A DNA stretch of 64,000 nt. Origin: Nitrospirota bacterium. Its GTDB lineage: Bacteria; Nitrospirota; Nitrospiria; Nitrospirales; NS-4. The notes under the pieces were generated by a model. That model did not search any database and was not told where the DNA came from. It saw only the letters and a list, made by a program, of their open reading frames with translations. A program made the position numbers and the translations under genes. Positions 26,539 through 35,533 of this stretch are shown in pieces; positions within the stretch are counted from its first letter, which is position 1; each line of letters opens with the position of its first letter. Location of the stretch: the NCBI GenBank assembly GCA_004298335.1, contig SCTG01000009.1, positions 12,134 through 76,133 of the forward strand, given 5' to 3'.

Positions 26539-27558
26539 ATGAAGCACAAGTCCGCCTATACCGTCGCCGTCGTGGGCGCCACCGGCGCCGTCGGCACCGA
26601 GATGATCGAAATCCTCGCGGAGCGCAAGTTCCCCGTGGGCACGCTGCGCCCGCTGGCGTCGGCCCGGACGGCCGGCGACCGGGTGTCCTTCCACGACCAG
26701 GATCTCGTCGTCCGGGAGCTCACCAGGGACTCGTTCGAGGGCGTGGACATCGCCCTCTTCTCGGCGGGCGCCGATATCAGCCGGGAGTTCGCGCCCATCG
26801 CCGCCAAGGCCGGCGCGGTGGTGATCGACAACAGCGCCGCCTGGCGCATGGGCAAGGACGTCCCGCTCGTGGTCCCGGAAGTCAACCGGGCCGCCATCGC
26901 GACGCACAAGGGCATCATCGCCAACCCGAACTGCTCGACGATCCAGCTGGTGGTGGCGCTCAAGCCCCTGCACGACGCGGCCCGCATCAAGCGGGTCGTC
27001 GTGACCACGTTTCAGTCCGTGTCCGGCACCGGCAAGGACGCGATGGACGAGCTCATGGAGGAGACCCAGGCGCTGCTCTCGTTCAAGGAGCCCGAGCCCA
27101 AGGTCTACCCGCACCAGATCGCGTTCAACTGCCTCCCGCACATCGACGATTTCCTGCCGTCCGGGTACACCAAGGAAGAGATGAAGCTGCTCGAGGAGAC
27201 CCGCAAGATCATGGGCGACGATTCGATCCTGGTGACGGCCACCACCGTGCGGGTGCCGGTGTACGTCGGCCACTCGGAATCGGTGAACATCGAGACCGAG
27301 CAGAAGCTGTCGGCCAACGAGGCGCGGGCGCTCCTGTGCGAGGCCCCCGGGGTGCTGCTCTACGACGACCCCGCCCACAAGATCTATCCGACGCCGCTCG
27401 ACGCGGCGGGCAAGGACGAGGTGTACGTCGGCCGCATCCGCGAGGACGCGTCCGTGCCCAACGGCCTGAACCTCTGGATCGTCGCGGACAACCTGCGCAA
27501 GGGGGCGGCCCTGAACGCGGTCCAGATCGCGGAAGAGTTGATCAAGGACGCGCGGTAA
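26539..27558 (+). CDS. asd: Aspartate-semialdehyde dehydrogenase
   Basis: VAVVGATGAVGTEMIEIL NAD(P) motif and the active-site region IANPNCSTIQLV. Confidence 0.95.
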   Translation: MKHKSAYTVAVVGATGAVGTEMIEILAERKFPVGTLRPLASARTAGDRVSFHDQDLVVRELTRDSFEGVDIALFSAGADISREFAPIAAKAGAVVIDNSAAWRMGKDVPLVVPEVNRAAIATHKGIIANPNCSTIQLVVALKPLHDAARIKRVVVTTFQSVSGTGKDAMDELMEETQALLSFKEPEPKVYPHQIAFNCLPHIDDFLPSGYTKEEMKLLEETRKIMGDDSILVTATTVRVPVYVGHSESVNIETEQKLSANEARALLCEAPGVLLYDDPAHKIYPTPLDAAGKDEVYVGRIREDASVPNGLNLWIVADNLRKGAALNAVQIAEELIKDAR

Positions 27559-27566
27559 CCGAGGGC

Positions 27567-27803
27567 GTGCACACGGATATCAGCGGATTCGGCAAGATCC
27601 TGATCGGCCTGGGGCTCGTCATCGCGCTGATGGGCGCCCTGCTGGTCTTCGCCGGACGGCTCCCCGGGCTCGGCCCCATCGGCAAGCTGCCCGGCGACAT
27701 CCTGGTCAAGCGCGACAATTTCACGTTCTACTTCCCCATCACCACGAGCCTTCTGGCCAGCGTCATCCTGAGTCTGTTGGCATGGCTCCTGCTCAGGAAA
27801 TAA
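27567..27803 (+). CDS. DUF2905-like small membrane protein
   Basis: GTG start. 78 aa. GKLPGDILVKRDNFTFYFPITTSLLASVILSLL is the conserved DUF2905 pattern. Confidence 0.7.
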   Translation: MHTDISGFGKILIGLGLVIALMGALLVFAGRLPGLGPIGKLPGDILVKRDNFTFYFPITTSLLASVILSLLAWLLLRK

Positions 27804-28939
27804 TGCTCCGTCTCGCCCAGAACATCGCGGCCCTCGCGCTGCTCCTGCTCCCGGTCCTCGCGCCCGTGCCCGCGCGCGCCGCCGAGACCGTCCGCGTCGC
27901 CCTCGTCCAGAACGCCGACTCGGTCACGCTGGCGGCCGCCGCGGGACTGATCGTCAAGGCCCCAAACGACGACGTCGACGCGAACGGGCGGATCACCGTG
28001 ACGGCCGGCCCGGCCGGCCTGGCCGTGGACGGCCAGCGTCTCCGCTCCGACCGCATCGAGGTGCGCGGGCGCAACGGCGACGTCACCGTGAACAACCTCA
28101 CCGTCGCCGGGCGCGTGACCGTCAAGCGCCAGAACGGCAAGCTGATGGCGATCAACGAGGTCGGCCTCGAGGACTACGTGAAGGGTGTCGTACCGTCCGA
28201 AATGAACGCGTCCTGGCACCCGGAGGCCCTCAAAGCCCAGGCCCTCGCCTCCCGCACCTACGTCCTCTACAAGATCCGGCTGAACGGCAAAAAGGACTTC
28301 GACGTGGCGGCGACGACCAAGGACCAGGTCTACAAGGGACGCGCGGGCGCCGACGGGCCGGGCGGGCGCGCCGCGGACGAGACCAGGGGGCAGGTCCTCG
28401 TGTTCCAGAACGAACCGATCCAAGCGGTCTTCTTTTCCACCTCAGCCGGGCCGACCGAGGACGCGATGAACGTCTGGTCCCTGGACCTGCCCTATCTCAA
28501 GGGCGTCGAGTGCCCGTTCGATATGAACTCCCCGTACTTCCAGCAGTGGCAGACGGTCGTGTGGCTGCCGCTGCTGGAACAGCGGCTCCGGGAGGAGGGC
28601 TTTCCCGTCGGGGTCATCGCCAGCCTCTCGCCGGCCGACTACACCAAGGCCGGCCGGGTCTCCACCGTCCGCATTCTCCATTCGGACGGCGAACTCCGCG
28701 TGAAGGGGGAAGACCTGCGGCGCGTGGTCGGCTACACCCTGTTGGCCAGTACGCAATTCGACTTCGAAGTGGTCGGGTTCCAAATCCAGTTCACCGGACG
28801 CGGCGCGGGCCACAGCGTGGGGATGTGCCAGTGGGGCGCCAAGGAACTGGCCGAAAAGGGCTACAGCGCGGAAGCCATCGTGCGCTACTACTATCCCGGC
28901 GCCGAGATCCGGGACCTCTCCTCGCTCCCCCGGCGATAA
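27803..28939 (+). CDS. SpoIID/LytB domain protein
   Basis: ATG 27803 overlaps the upstream TAA (TAATG). Signal peptide. EMNASWHPEALKAQALASRTYVLY and GHSVGMCQWGA motifs. Confidence 0.8.
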   Translation: MLRLAQNIAALALLLLPVLAPVPARAAETVRVALVQNADSVTLAAAAGLIVKAPNDDVDANGRITVTAGPAGLAVDGQRLRSDRIEVRGRNGDVTVNNLTVAGRVTVKRQNGKLMAINEVGLEDYVKGVVPSEMNASWHPEALKAQALASRTYVLYKIRLNGKKDFDVAATTKDQVYKGRAGADGPGGRAADETRGQVLVFQNEPIQAVFFSTSAGPTEDAMNVWSLDLPYLKGVECPFDMNSPYFQQWQTVVWLPLLEQRLREEGFPVGVIASLSPADYTKAGRVSTVRILHSDGELRVKGEDLRRVVGYTLLASTQFDFEVVGFQIQFTGRGAGHSVGMCQWGAKELAEKGYSAEAIVRYYYPGAEIRDLSSLPRR

Positions 28940-28947
28940 GCTTTCCC

Positions 28948-29970
28948 ATGCGTCTCGAGGATTTCGACTACCCGCTCGACGAGTCCCTGATCGCCCAGCA
29001 GCCGGTCGAGCCGCGCGACCATGCCCGGCTTCTCGTCGTGGACCGCAACACCGGCCCGCCGGCCCATCGCCGCTTCGACGCGCTGCCAGGCCTGCTCCGC
29101 CGCAACGACCTCCTGGTCCTCAACAACACGCAGGTGATCCATGCGCGCCTCCAGGGGCACAAGCGGCCGAGCGGCGGCAAGGTCGAGGTGCTGCTTGTGA
29201 GGGCGACGGCCTCCAGGAACATCTGGCAGGCGCTGGTCAGGGGCGGCGTGCGTCCGGGCCAGCACGTGGAACTGCCTGACGGCGTCCTGGCAGCCGTCGC
29301 GGCGGCCGACGGCGGCGCGGTGCTCGTCGAGTTCCCGCCGGCGCTCGACGTCCCGGCCTACGTGGAGAAAGCGGGCGCCGTGCCCCTGCCGCCCTATATC
29401 CGCCGCGCGCCGACCGAGGAAGACCGCGCCCGCTACCAGACCGTGTTCGCGCGCCGGCCCGGCGCCGTGGCCGCGCCGACGGCCGGGCTGCACTTCACGG
29501 AGCCGCTGCTCGACGCGCTCCGGACGCACGGCGTCCGGACGGCCTGCGTGACGCTCCACGTGGGGCCCGGCACGTTCACGCCGGTCACGTGCGGGGACAT
29601 CCGCGCGCACCGGATGGACCCGGAATGGTTCGAGCTGCCGGCGGACACGGCCGCGGCCGTGAACGAGACGCGAACTGCCGGCGGCCGCGTCATCGCGGTC
29701 GGCAGCACGTCGGTGCGGGTGCTGGAGACCGTCGCCCGGAACGGGCTGCCGCTCCAGGCGGCGACGGGCGAGACGGCGCTGTTCATCTATCCGGGGTACC
29801 GGTTCGCGGCGGTGGACGCGATGCTGACCAACTTCCACCTGCCGAAGAGCACGCTGTTCATGCTGGTCTGCGCCCTGGCCGGGCGCGAGCGGATGCTGGA
29901 GGCCTACCGCGCCGCCGCCGCCGAGCGCTATCGCTTCTATTCCTACGGCGACGCGATGCTGATTCTCTGA
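28948..29970 (+). CDS. queA: S-adenosylmethionine:tRNA ribosyltransferase-isomerase
   Basis: The track ORF was trimmed to ATG 28948. MRLEDFDYPLDESLIAQQPVEPRD..., GAVAAPTAGLHFT and NFHLPKSTL motifs. Confidence 0.9.
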   Translation: MRLEDFDYPLDESLIAQQPVEPRDHARLLVVDRNTGPPAHRRFDALPGLLRRNDLLVLNNTQVIHARLQGHKRPSGGKVEVLLVRATASRNIWQALVRGGVRPGQHVELPDGVLAAVAAADGGAVLVEFPPALDVPAYVEKAGAVPLPPYIRRAPTEEDRARYQTVFARRPGAVAAPTAGLHFTEPLLDALRTHGVRTACVTLHVGPGTFTPVTCGDIRAHRMDPEWFELPADTAAAVNETRTAGGRVIAVGSTSVRVLETVARNGLPLQAATGETALFIYPGYRFAAVDAMLTNFHLPKSTLFMLVCALAGRERMLEAYRAAAAERYRFYSYGDAMLIL

Positions 29971-29972
29971 CC

Positions 29973-30716
29973 TTATTCCCTGATCTGCTTCTCGCGCTTT
30001 TTCAGGTAGGCGTTGCGGACGGCGCTGTAGAGGTCGAGCGTGCCCTCCTCCACAGCTTCGAATGTTTCGACGTTCTGCGCCCGATAGTTGAGTTTGTCCT
30101 CGGCCGTTTTCCCGACACTGGCCCCCAGCGGAATGAAATAATTGATCGGGTCCAGGGCCAGATCGAAGACGTAGCCCACCGTGTCGCGGACCGTTAGCGG
30201 CGACAGCAACGGCACCACGAAGTAGCGGCTCCGGTCCCATCCCCACGTCGCAAAGGTCTGGCCCGTGTCCTCGTCGCTTCTCTCGATGCCGAACTGATAC
30301 TTGGCGACGTCGGTCATGCCGGCGCCTCCCAGCGTGGTGTTGATCAGAAACCGCGCCATTTCCCGGCCGGCTCCCCCGAATTTCCCCTGGAGGAGGCTGT
30401 TGATGAACCGCTTGGGCATGGCGACGTTGTCGAACACGTTGGTGATGACCTGCTTCTCGCCGTCCCCGATGAAGAGGTTGTAGCCCTTGGCGAACGGCTT
30501 GACGACATACTTGTCGAGCTTGTAGTTGAACTTGAAGACCGGCTCATTGTAGGACTCCCAGGGATCGTAATCCCCGGCGCCGTCGTCCGTCCGGAGCTTC
30601 GTGTCGGTGACCACGACCTCTTCCATCTTCTGGGCCGCGGCGGGGGCCGGGAAGCCGCCGATAAGGCTGACGCCGACTGCTCCAATCATCACGCACAGCA
30701 ACAGCCGTGTTGTCAT
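29973..30716 (-). CDS. mlaA: MlaA/VacJ family lipoprotein
   Basis: DPWESYNEPVFKFNYKLDKYVVKPFAKGY...NVFDNVAMPKRFINSLLQGKF. The start is probably ATG 30716 (MTTRLLLC...). The track's alternative is 30758. Confidence 0.8.
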   Translation of the reverse strand: MTTRLLLCVMIGAVGVSLIGGFPAPAAAQKMEEVVVTDTKLRTDDGAGDYDPWESYNEPVFKFNYKLDKYVVKPFAKGYNLFIGDGEKQVITNVFDNVAMPKRFINSLLQGKFGGAGREMARFLINTTLGGAGMTDVAKYQFGIERSDEDTGQTFATWGWDRSRYFVVPLLSPLTVRDTVGYVFDLALDPINYFIPLGASVGKTAEDKLNYRAQNVETFEAVEEGTLDLYSAVRNAYLKKREKQIRE

Positions 30717-30825
30717 CCGATTCTCCACAGTCGCCTCCTTCCAGCCCCTACGGCTCATCCTGCTCGAAGCCCACTGCGGCCACCTGCCCAGGGTGGCAGT
30801 AGAGTGCCTGCCTCAAAAAAAATAG

Positions 30826-32256
30826 TCAAGAGCCGGCCCCGCCCGTTCCGAAAGCCCGTTTCCCCACTTTGCTGTGGCGGAAGCCGTAGCTGGCATAGAG
30901 GATCAGGCCGGCGGCGGCCCAGATCACGAACCCGACCTTGGTGATAACGGGCAGATACCCGATCAAACCCAGGCAGGCCAGCATCCCCAAAATCGGCACG
31001 GCCGGCACGAAGGGCGCCCGGAAAGGGCGCCGCAAGTCCGGCCGCGTCCGACGCAGGACCAGCACGGCGCCACATACCAGCGTGAAGGCGAACAGCGTGC
31101 CGATGTTAGTGAGCTCCGCGGCGACCCCGATCGGGACGAAGCCCGCCAGGACCGCCACCGTGGCGCCCGTGACCAGCGTCGCCCGGTGCGGCGTGCCGTA
31201 CCGGGGATGCACGGCGGAGAGCCACGGCGAGAGCAGCCCGTCCCGGGACATGGCGTAGAACACCCGGATCTGCCCCAGGAGCATCACGATCAGCACGCTG
31301 GTGATCCCGGCCACCGCGCCGACCGCCACCAGCGCGCTCCCCCACCGGTATCCGACCGCGTTCAGGGCCTCGGCAACCGGCGCCTTCACGTGGATCTTCC
31401 CATATGGCACGATGCCCGTCAGGACCGCGGCGACGGCGACGTAGAGGAGGGTGCAGAGGACCAGCGAGACGATGATCCCGATCGGCACGTCGCGCTGGGG
31501 GTTCTGTGCTTCCTCGGCAGTGGTCGAGACCGCGTCGAAGCCGATGTAGGCGAAAAAGATGATGGCGGCGGCGGCCCCGACCCCCGCGAACCCGTTCGGC
31601 ATGAAGGGCGACCAGTTGGCGGGATCCACCGCGAAGACGCCGACCGCGATGAAGAACAGCACGACGGCGATCTTGATCGTCACGATCACACCCGTCACGC
31701 GGGCGCTCTCCTTGATCCCGATCACGAGCAGACAGGTCAGCGCCAGCACGATCAGGACGGCCGGCAGGTTGACGAGGCCCCCCTCGTGGGGCGCATTGAT
31801 CAGCGGCGCCGGCAGGTGGACCCCGATGCGTTCCAGGAGGCTGACGAGATAGCCCGACCAGCCGATGGATACCGCCACGCAGGCGATTCCGTATTCCAGC
31901 ACCAGGCTCCACCCCGTGACCCACGCGAACAGTTCCCCCAGCGTGGCGTAGGAATAGGTGTAGGCCGAGCCCGCCACCGGGATCATGGACGCGAACTCGG
32001 CGTAGCAGAGCGCGGCCAGCAGGCAGGCGGTGCCCGACAGGATGAAGGAGAGGATCAGGCCGGGCCCCGCGCCGGGCCGGTCGCCGTCGCCGACGGCCGC
32101 GGTCCCGACCAGGACGAAGACGCCCGTGCCGATGATCGCGCCGATCCCAAGGGCGGTGAGGTCGAAGGCCGTCAGGGTCCGCTTCAGCTTGTGCGTCTGG
32201 GCTTCGTAGTCGCCGAGGATCTGCTCGATGGATTTGGTGCGAAAGGCCCAGCGCAT
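30826..32256 (-). CDS. APC-superfamily amino acid permease (cationic amino acid transporter-like)
   Basis: About 12 TM segments. N-terminus LKRTLTAFDLTALGIGAIIGTGVFVL. The start was trimmed to ATG 32256 so it no longer overlaps the upstream gene. Confidence 0.85.
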   Translation of the reverse strand: MRWAFRTKSIEQILGDYEAQTHKLKRTLTAFDLTALGIGAIIGTGVFVLVGTAAVGDGDRPGAGPGLILSFILSGTACLLAALCYAEFASMIPVAGSAYTYSYATLGELFAWVTGWSLVLEYGIACVAVSIGWSGYLVSLLERIGVHLPAPLINAPHEGGLVNLPAVLIVLALTCLLVIGIKESARVTGVIVTIKIAVVLFFIAVGVFAVDPANWSPFMPNGFAGVGAAAAIIFFAYIGFDAVSTTAEEAQNPQRDVPIGIIVSLVLCTLLYVAVAAVLTGIVPYGKIHVKAPVAEALNAVGYRWGSALVAVGAVAGITSVLIVMLLGQIRVFYAMSRDGLLSPWLSAVHPRYGTPHRATLVTGATVAVLAGFVPIGVAAELTNIGTLFAFTLVCGAVLVLRRTRPDLRRPFRAPFVPAVPILGMLACLGLIGYLPVITKVGFVIWAAAGLILYASYGFRHSKVGKRAFGTGGAGS

Positions 32257-32260
32257 GCGG

Positions 32261-33013
32261 TTACGCGGGGCGCCTGCGGGTCGCGCGCGCGGCTTTGACG
32301 AGCGCCTCAAAGAGGGCCCGGTGGACGCGATGGCGCGGATAGAGATATTCCGGGTGCCACTGGACCCCGATGAAGAACCGGCGGGATCTGTCCTCGAGCG
32401 CCTCGATCACCCCGTCGGGCGCCACGGCGCTGACCGCCAGCCCGCGGGGGACGGCTTTCACCGCCTGGTGGTGCGAGCTGTTCACCTGGACGGAGCCGCG
32501 CCCGAGCACGTCATGCAGCCGCGAGCGCCGCGCGACCGCGACGGGATGGCAGGTCCCCGTCGCCGGCCCTTTCATGCGATGCGGGAGCGCGCCGGCCACC
32601 TGCCCGCCGATGTCCTGCACGAGCGTGCCACCCAGGGCCACGTTCATGAGCTGCATGCCCCCGCAGATGCCCAGGACCGGCAGGTCCCGCTTGCGCGCCT
32701 CCGCGACCAGCGCGAACTCCGACTCCGTCCGCTCTCTGCTCATGACCTTGAACTTGAAACGCTTGCGCTCGCCGTAGCGGCGGGGATCGATGTCCGGCCC
32801 GCTGCCGGTCAGCAGCAGGCCGTCCAACGTATCGAGCAGGGCCGCGCCGAGCGCGCGGCCGCTGAAGATGGGCAGAATGACCGGGATGCCGCCGGCCGCC
32901 GCAATCGCCGCGACGTACCGGTTCCGGATGAAGACCGTGGCCTCGCCTTCCCCGCCATCCCGGTCGCCTCCGGGATTGAAATCCGGAGCGATCCCAATGA
33001 CAGGTTTACGCAT
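32261..33013 (-). CDS. Class-I glutamine amidotransferase, gamma-glutamyl hydrolase (peptidase C26/PuuD-like)
   Basis: 250 aa. LPVLGICGGMQLMNVALGG nucleophile elbow and FIGVQWHPE motif. Confidence 0.8.
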   Translation of the reverse strand: MRKPVIGIAPDFNPGGDRDGGEGEATVFIRNRYVAAIAAAGGIPVILPIFSGRALGAALLDTLDGLLLTGSGPDIDPRRYGERKRFKFKVMSRERTESEFALVAEARKRDLPVLGICGGMQLMNVALGGTLVQDIGGQVAGALPHRMKGPATGTCHPVAVARRSRLHDVLGRGSVQVNSSHHQAVKAVPRGLAVSAVAPDGVIEALEDRSRRFFIGVQWHPEYLYPRHRVHRALFEALVKAARATRRRPA

Positions 33014-33028
33014 CGGGCGGAGGACGGC

Positions 33029-33388
33029 CTAGCGGCCGCCCTTGGAGGATTCCGGGGGAACGCCGGTGAAGCGGAGGTCTTTCTTCCCTCGGAGATGGTC
33101 CGGCGTCACCACGTAGTCGCCCTCGATCGTCGTGTACCAGACCGAGTCCGCGGCTCTCTTGTCGAAGCCGGACAGGACGTAGGTGAACGCGCCCGTCACG
33201 CCGCCCACGATCGCCAGCGCCACTTTCGCCGCGCCGTACGGGACGGAGCACAGGAAGCTCGCCACGCCGAGCCCGAGGTCGGCACCCGGGCTCTCGTTGC
33301 CGTTCTTTTCAGCCGCCCAGGCGACCGGCGCCACGCACACCGACAGCGCCACCAGCACCGCTATCGTCCGAACCGCGATGGTTTTCAT
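33029..33388 (-). CDS. Exported/membrane hypothetical protein
   Basis: MKTIAVRTIAVLVALSVCVAPVAWA signal, then a second hydrophobic G/A-rich segment. No family recognised. Confidence 0.45.
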   Translation of the reverse strand: MKTIAVRTIAVLVALSVCVAPVAWAAEKNGNESPGADLGLGVASFLCSVPYGAAKVALAIVGGVTGAFTYVLSGFDKRAADSVWYTTIEGDYVVTPDHLRGKKDLRFTGVPPESSKGGR

Positions 33389-33452
33389 TCCAGGCCTCCC
33401 CAATGGTCTAGTTCCCTTATATACAATATGCGCCGGTGATTCAAGGCGCGCG

Positions 33453-34304
33453 TCACTTGATCCCGAGCGCCAGCACCGCCTCGTTGGGAATCCGGAGCTT
33501 CCCGTTGCGTCGAAACTTTTCCAGGGCGCGCAGGACGTCGCCTTTGACGGCCCGCCGGACGGCCGGCGACACCCGGGCGAGCGCCCGCCGGAGCGACGGG
33601 CCTCTCTTCATCGAGTCCCAGAACTCGTCCGGCCCCTTGAAGATCCACTCGACCGTCAGGCGCTCCGCGCGCACCTGCCGGAACCCCGCCGCGCGCAGCG
33701 CCCGCTCGACGGCGCCCGCCTTGCCGAACCGGAAGAAATCGGGCGCGCCGGGCGGAGGATGACAGGCGTCGTAGCGTTCAAGCACGCGACGGACGATGTC
33801 CAGGGTATTCACCTTGGTCCGCGCGCTCCAGACGGCGACGGCGAGACGCCCGCCCGGCACCAGCACGCGACGCATCTCGCGCAGCGCGCGCGCCGCGTCC
33901 GGCATGAGCATCAGGCCGAACCGGCAGAACGCCCGGTCGAACGTCATGTCGGCAAGCCGGAGCTGCTCCGCGTCCATCTCGCGGAAGTGCGCGTGGCCCG
34001 CGCCGGCGCGTTTCGCGCGCCCGCGCGCCAGGCGGATCATCGCCGGAGAGAAATCGACGCCCAGGACCAGCCCGCGCGGGCCCACGCGGCGGGCGATGGT
34101 GAGGGCCGGCTCGCCCGGTCCGGTCGCCACGTCCAATGCCCACATACCTTTCTTCAGCCCGGCCAGCTCGACCAGCCGGCGGCCGAACGGGCGGAACTCC
34201 GGGATCGCCACCTTGACGTAGCGAGCGGAGAACTTGTTCCAGCTCTCCCGCTCATTCCGTTTATACGCCGCTGATTTTGCCGACACGCGCCCTCCCTTAG
34301 ACAT
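33453..34304 (-). CDS. Class I SAM-dependent methyltransferase
   Basis: Start trimmed to ATG 34304 (ATGTCTAA overlap with the upstream stop). Motif I ALDVATGPGEPA. Post-I and motif II regions are present. Confidence 0.75.
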   Translation of the reverse strand: MSKGGRVSAKSAAYKRNERESWNKFSARYVKVAIPEFRPFGRRLVELAGLKKGMWALDVATGPGEPALTIARRVGPRGLVLGVDFSPAMIRLARGRAKRAGAGHAHFREMDAEQLRLADMTFDRAFCRFGLMLMPDAARALREMRRVLVPGGRLAVAVWSARTKVNTLDIVRRVLERYDACHPPPGAPDFFRFGKAGAVERALRAAGFRQVRAERLTVEWIFKGPDEFWDSMKRGPSLRRALARVSPAVRRAVKGDVLRALEKFRRNGKLRIPNEAVLALGIK

Positions 34305-34755
34305 CCAGTTCCGTGAGAATCGCCTGCCGCACCGCATCGGCTCCCGCGAGCACGGCCTGGTCCAGCTCCTGCTGAAAGGCGTCGGCGGGGACGGTCTGGT
34401 TCTCCTGTGCCAGCCCCTTCGCAATCGCCAGATCGAGCTTCGCGCGGCAGACCTGCTGGGTGAAGAGGTCGCGGGCGCGCGGTTCGTACTCGGCGAACGC
34501 CTCGGGCTCGACCCTGGCGCGGATCATCTCCAGCAGCTCCTCCAGCAGGCCGCGATCCCGGAGCCGTTCAAGCTGGGCCCGGGTGAGCTCGACCGCAACC
34601 TGGATGCCGCCCTTCCAGCTTCGCTTTTTGGTGTTGAACACGCACATCAGGACGCCGGGACGTTCGGGAACATCCTCCGGCCCGAAGAAAAACGTGGTGC
34701 GGAACTCGTCGGACATCGGGCCGCAGACTATCATATCGGGAGCCCGTGCGCCCAC
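34297..34755 (-). CDS. Hypothetical protein
   Basis: 152-aa ORF with GC3-rich codons, coupled to the downstream methyltransferase gene. No recognised motif. The true start may be an internal Met. Confidence 0.45.
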   Translation of the reverse strand: MGARAPDMIVCGPMSDEFRTTFFFGPEDVPERPGVLMCVFNTKKRSWKGGIQVAVELTRAQLERLRDRGLLEELLEMIRARVEPEAFAEYEPRARDLFTQQVCRAKLDLAIAKGLAQENQTVPADAFQQELDQAVLAGADAVRQAILTELDV

Positions 34756-34831
34756 TAGACTTGGCGGGGCTTTGTCCGCTGCGCTATACTCAGCCCCTCA
34801 TTTCACTGGCTATTCCAACAAAGGAGCGTCT

Positions 34832-35533
34832 ATGAAGCAGCGCACCGCACTGACCATCAGCCTGAGCCTCAACCTGATTCTTCTGGCCTTCGTCCTGGGC
34901 GGCTGGACGGGGCCCAACGTGCTGACCTCGTTCAACCCGGACATCGAACGCCCGACGATCGCCAAGTCCGCCTTCGTGCACCAGATCGGCGCCGTCACGG
35001 GCCACGTCACGCTGGGCGAGCGCGTGTATGTCGCGCCATCCGCCTCCGTCCGCGGCGACGAGGGACAGTCCATCCATATCGGCGACGAGAGCAACGTCCA
35101 GGACGGCGTGGTGCTCCACGGCCTCGAGACCATCGAAGGCGGCAAGGAGATTCCCAAGAACCAGGTCGAGGCGAACGGCAAAAAGTACTCGGTATACGTG
35201 GGCAAGCGGGTCTCGATGGCCCACCAGTCGCAGGTCCACGGGCCGGCCAAGGTCGGCGACGACTCGTTCATCGGCATGCAGGCGCTGGTCTTCAAGGCCG
35301 AGCTCGGCGACCGGGTCGTGGTCGAGCCCGGCGCGAAGATCCTCGGGGTCAAGATCGAGTCCGGCCGCTACGTGCCGACGGGCGCCATCGTCACCAAGCA
35401 GGCCGATGCCGACGCGCTGCCGAAGATCACGGACGACTACCCGTTCAAGGGCCTCAACGAGGCTGTGGTGCACGTGAACACGCAGCTCGCCGACGGCTAC
35501 AACGGCAAGAAACCGGCGGCGGGGAAACATTGA
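34832..35533 (+). CDS. Gamma-class carbonic anhydrase, Cam type, with N-terminal signal/anchor
   Basis: AAAGGAG RBS. VRGDEGQSIHIGDESNVQDGVVLHGLET...VSMAHQSQVHGPAKVGDDSFIGMQALVFKA closely parallels the Methanosarcina Cam left-handed beta-helix, including the His ligands. Confidence 0.85.
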   Translation: MKQRTALTISLSLNLILLAFVLGGWTGPNVLTSFNPDIERPTIAKSAFVHQIGAVTGHVTLGERVYVAPSASVRGDEGQSIHIGDESNVQDGVVLHGLETIEGGKEIPKNQVEANGKKYSVYVGKRVSMAHQSQVHGPAKVGDDSFIGMQALVFKAELGDRVVVEPGAKILGVKIESGRYVPTGAIVTKQADADALPKITDDYPFKGLNEAVVHVNTQLADGYNGKKPAAGKH

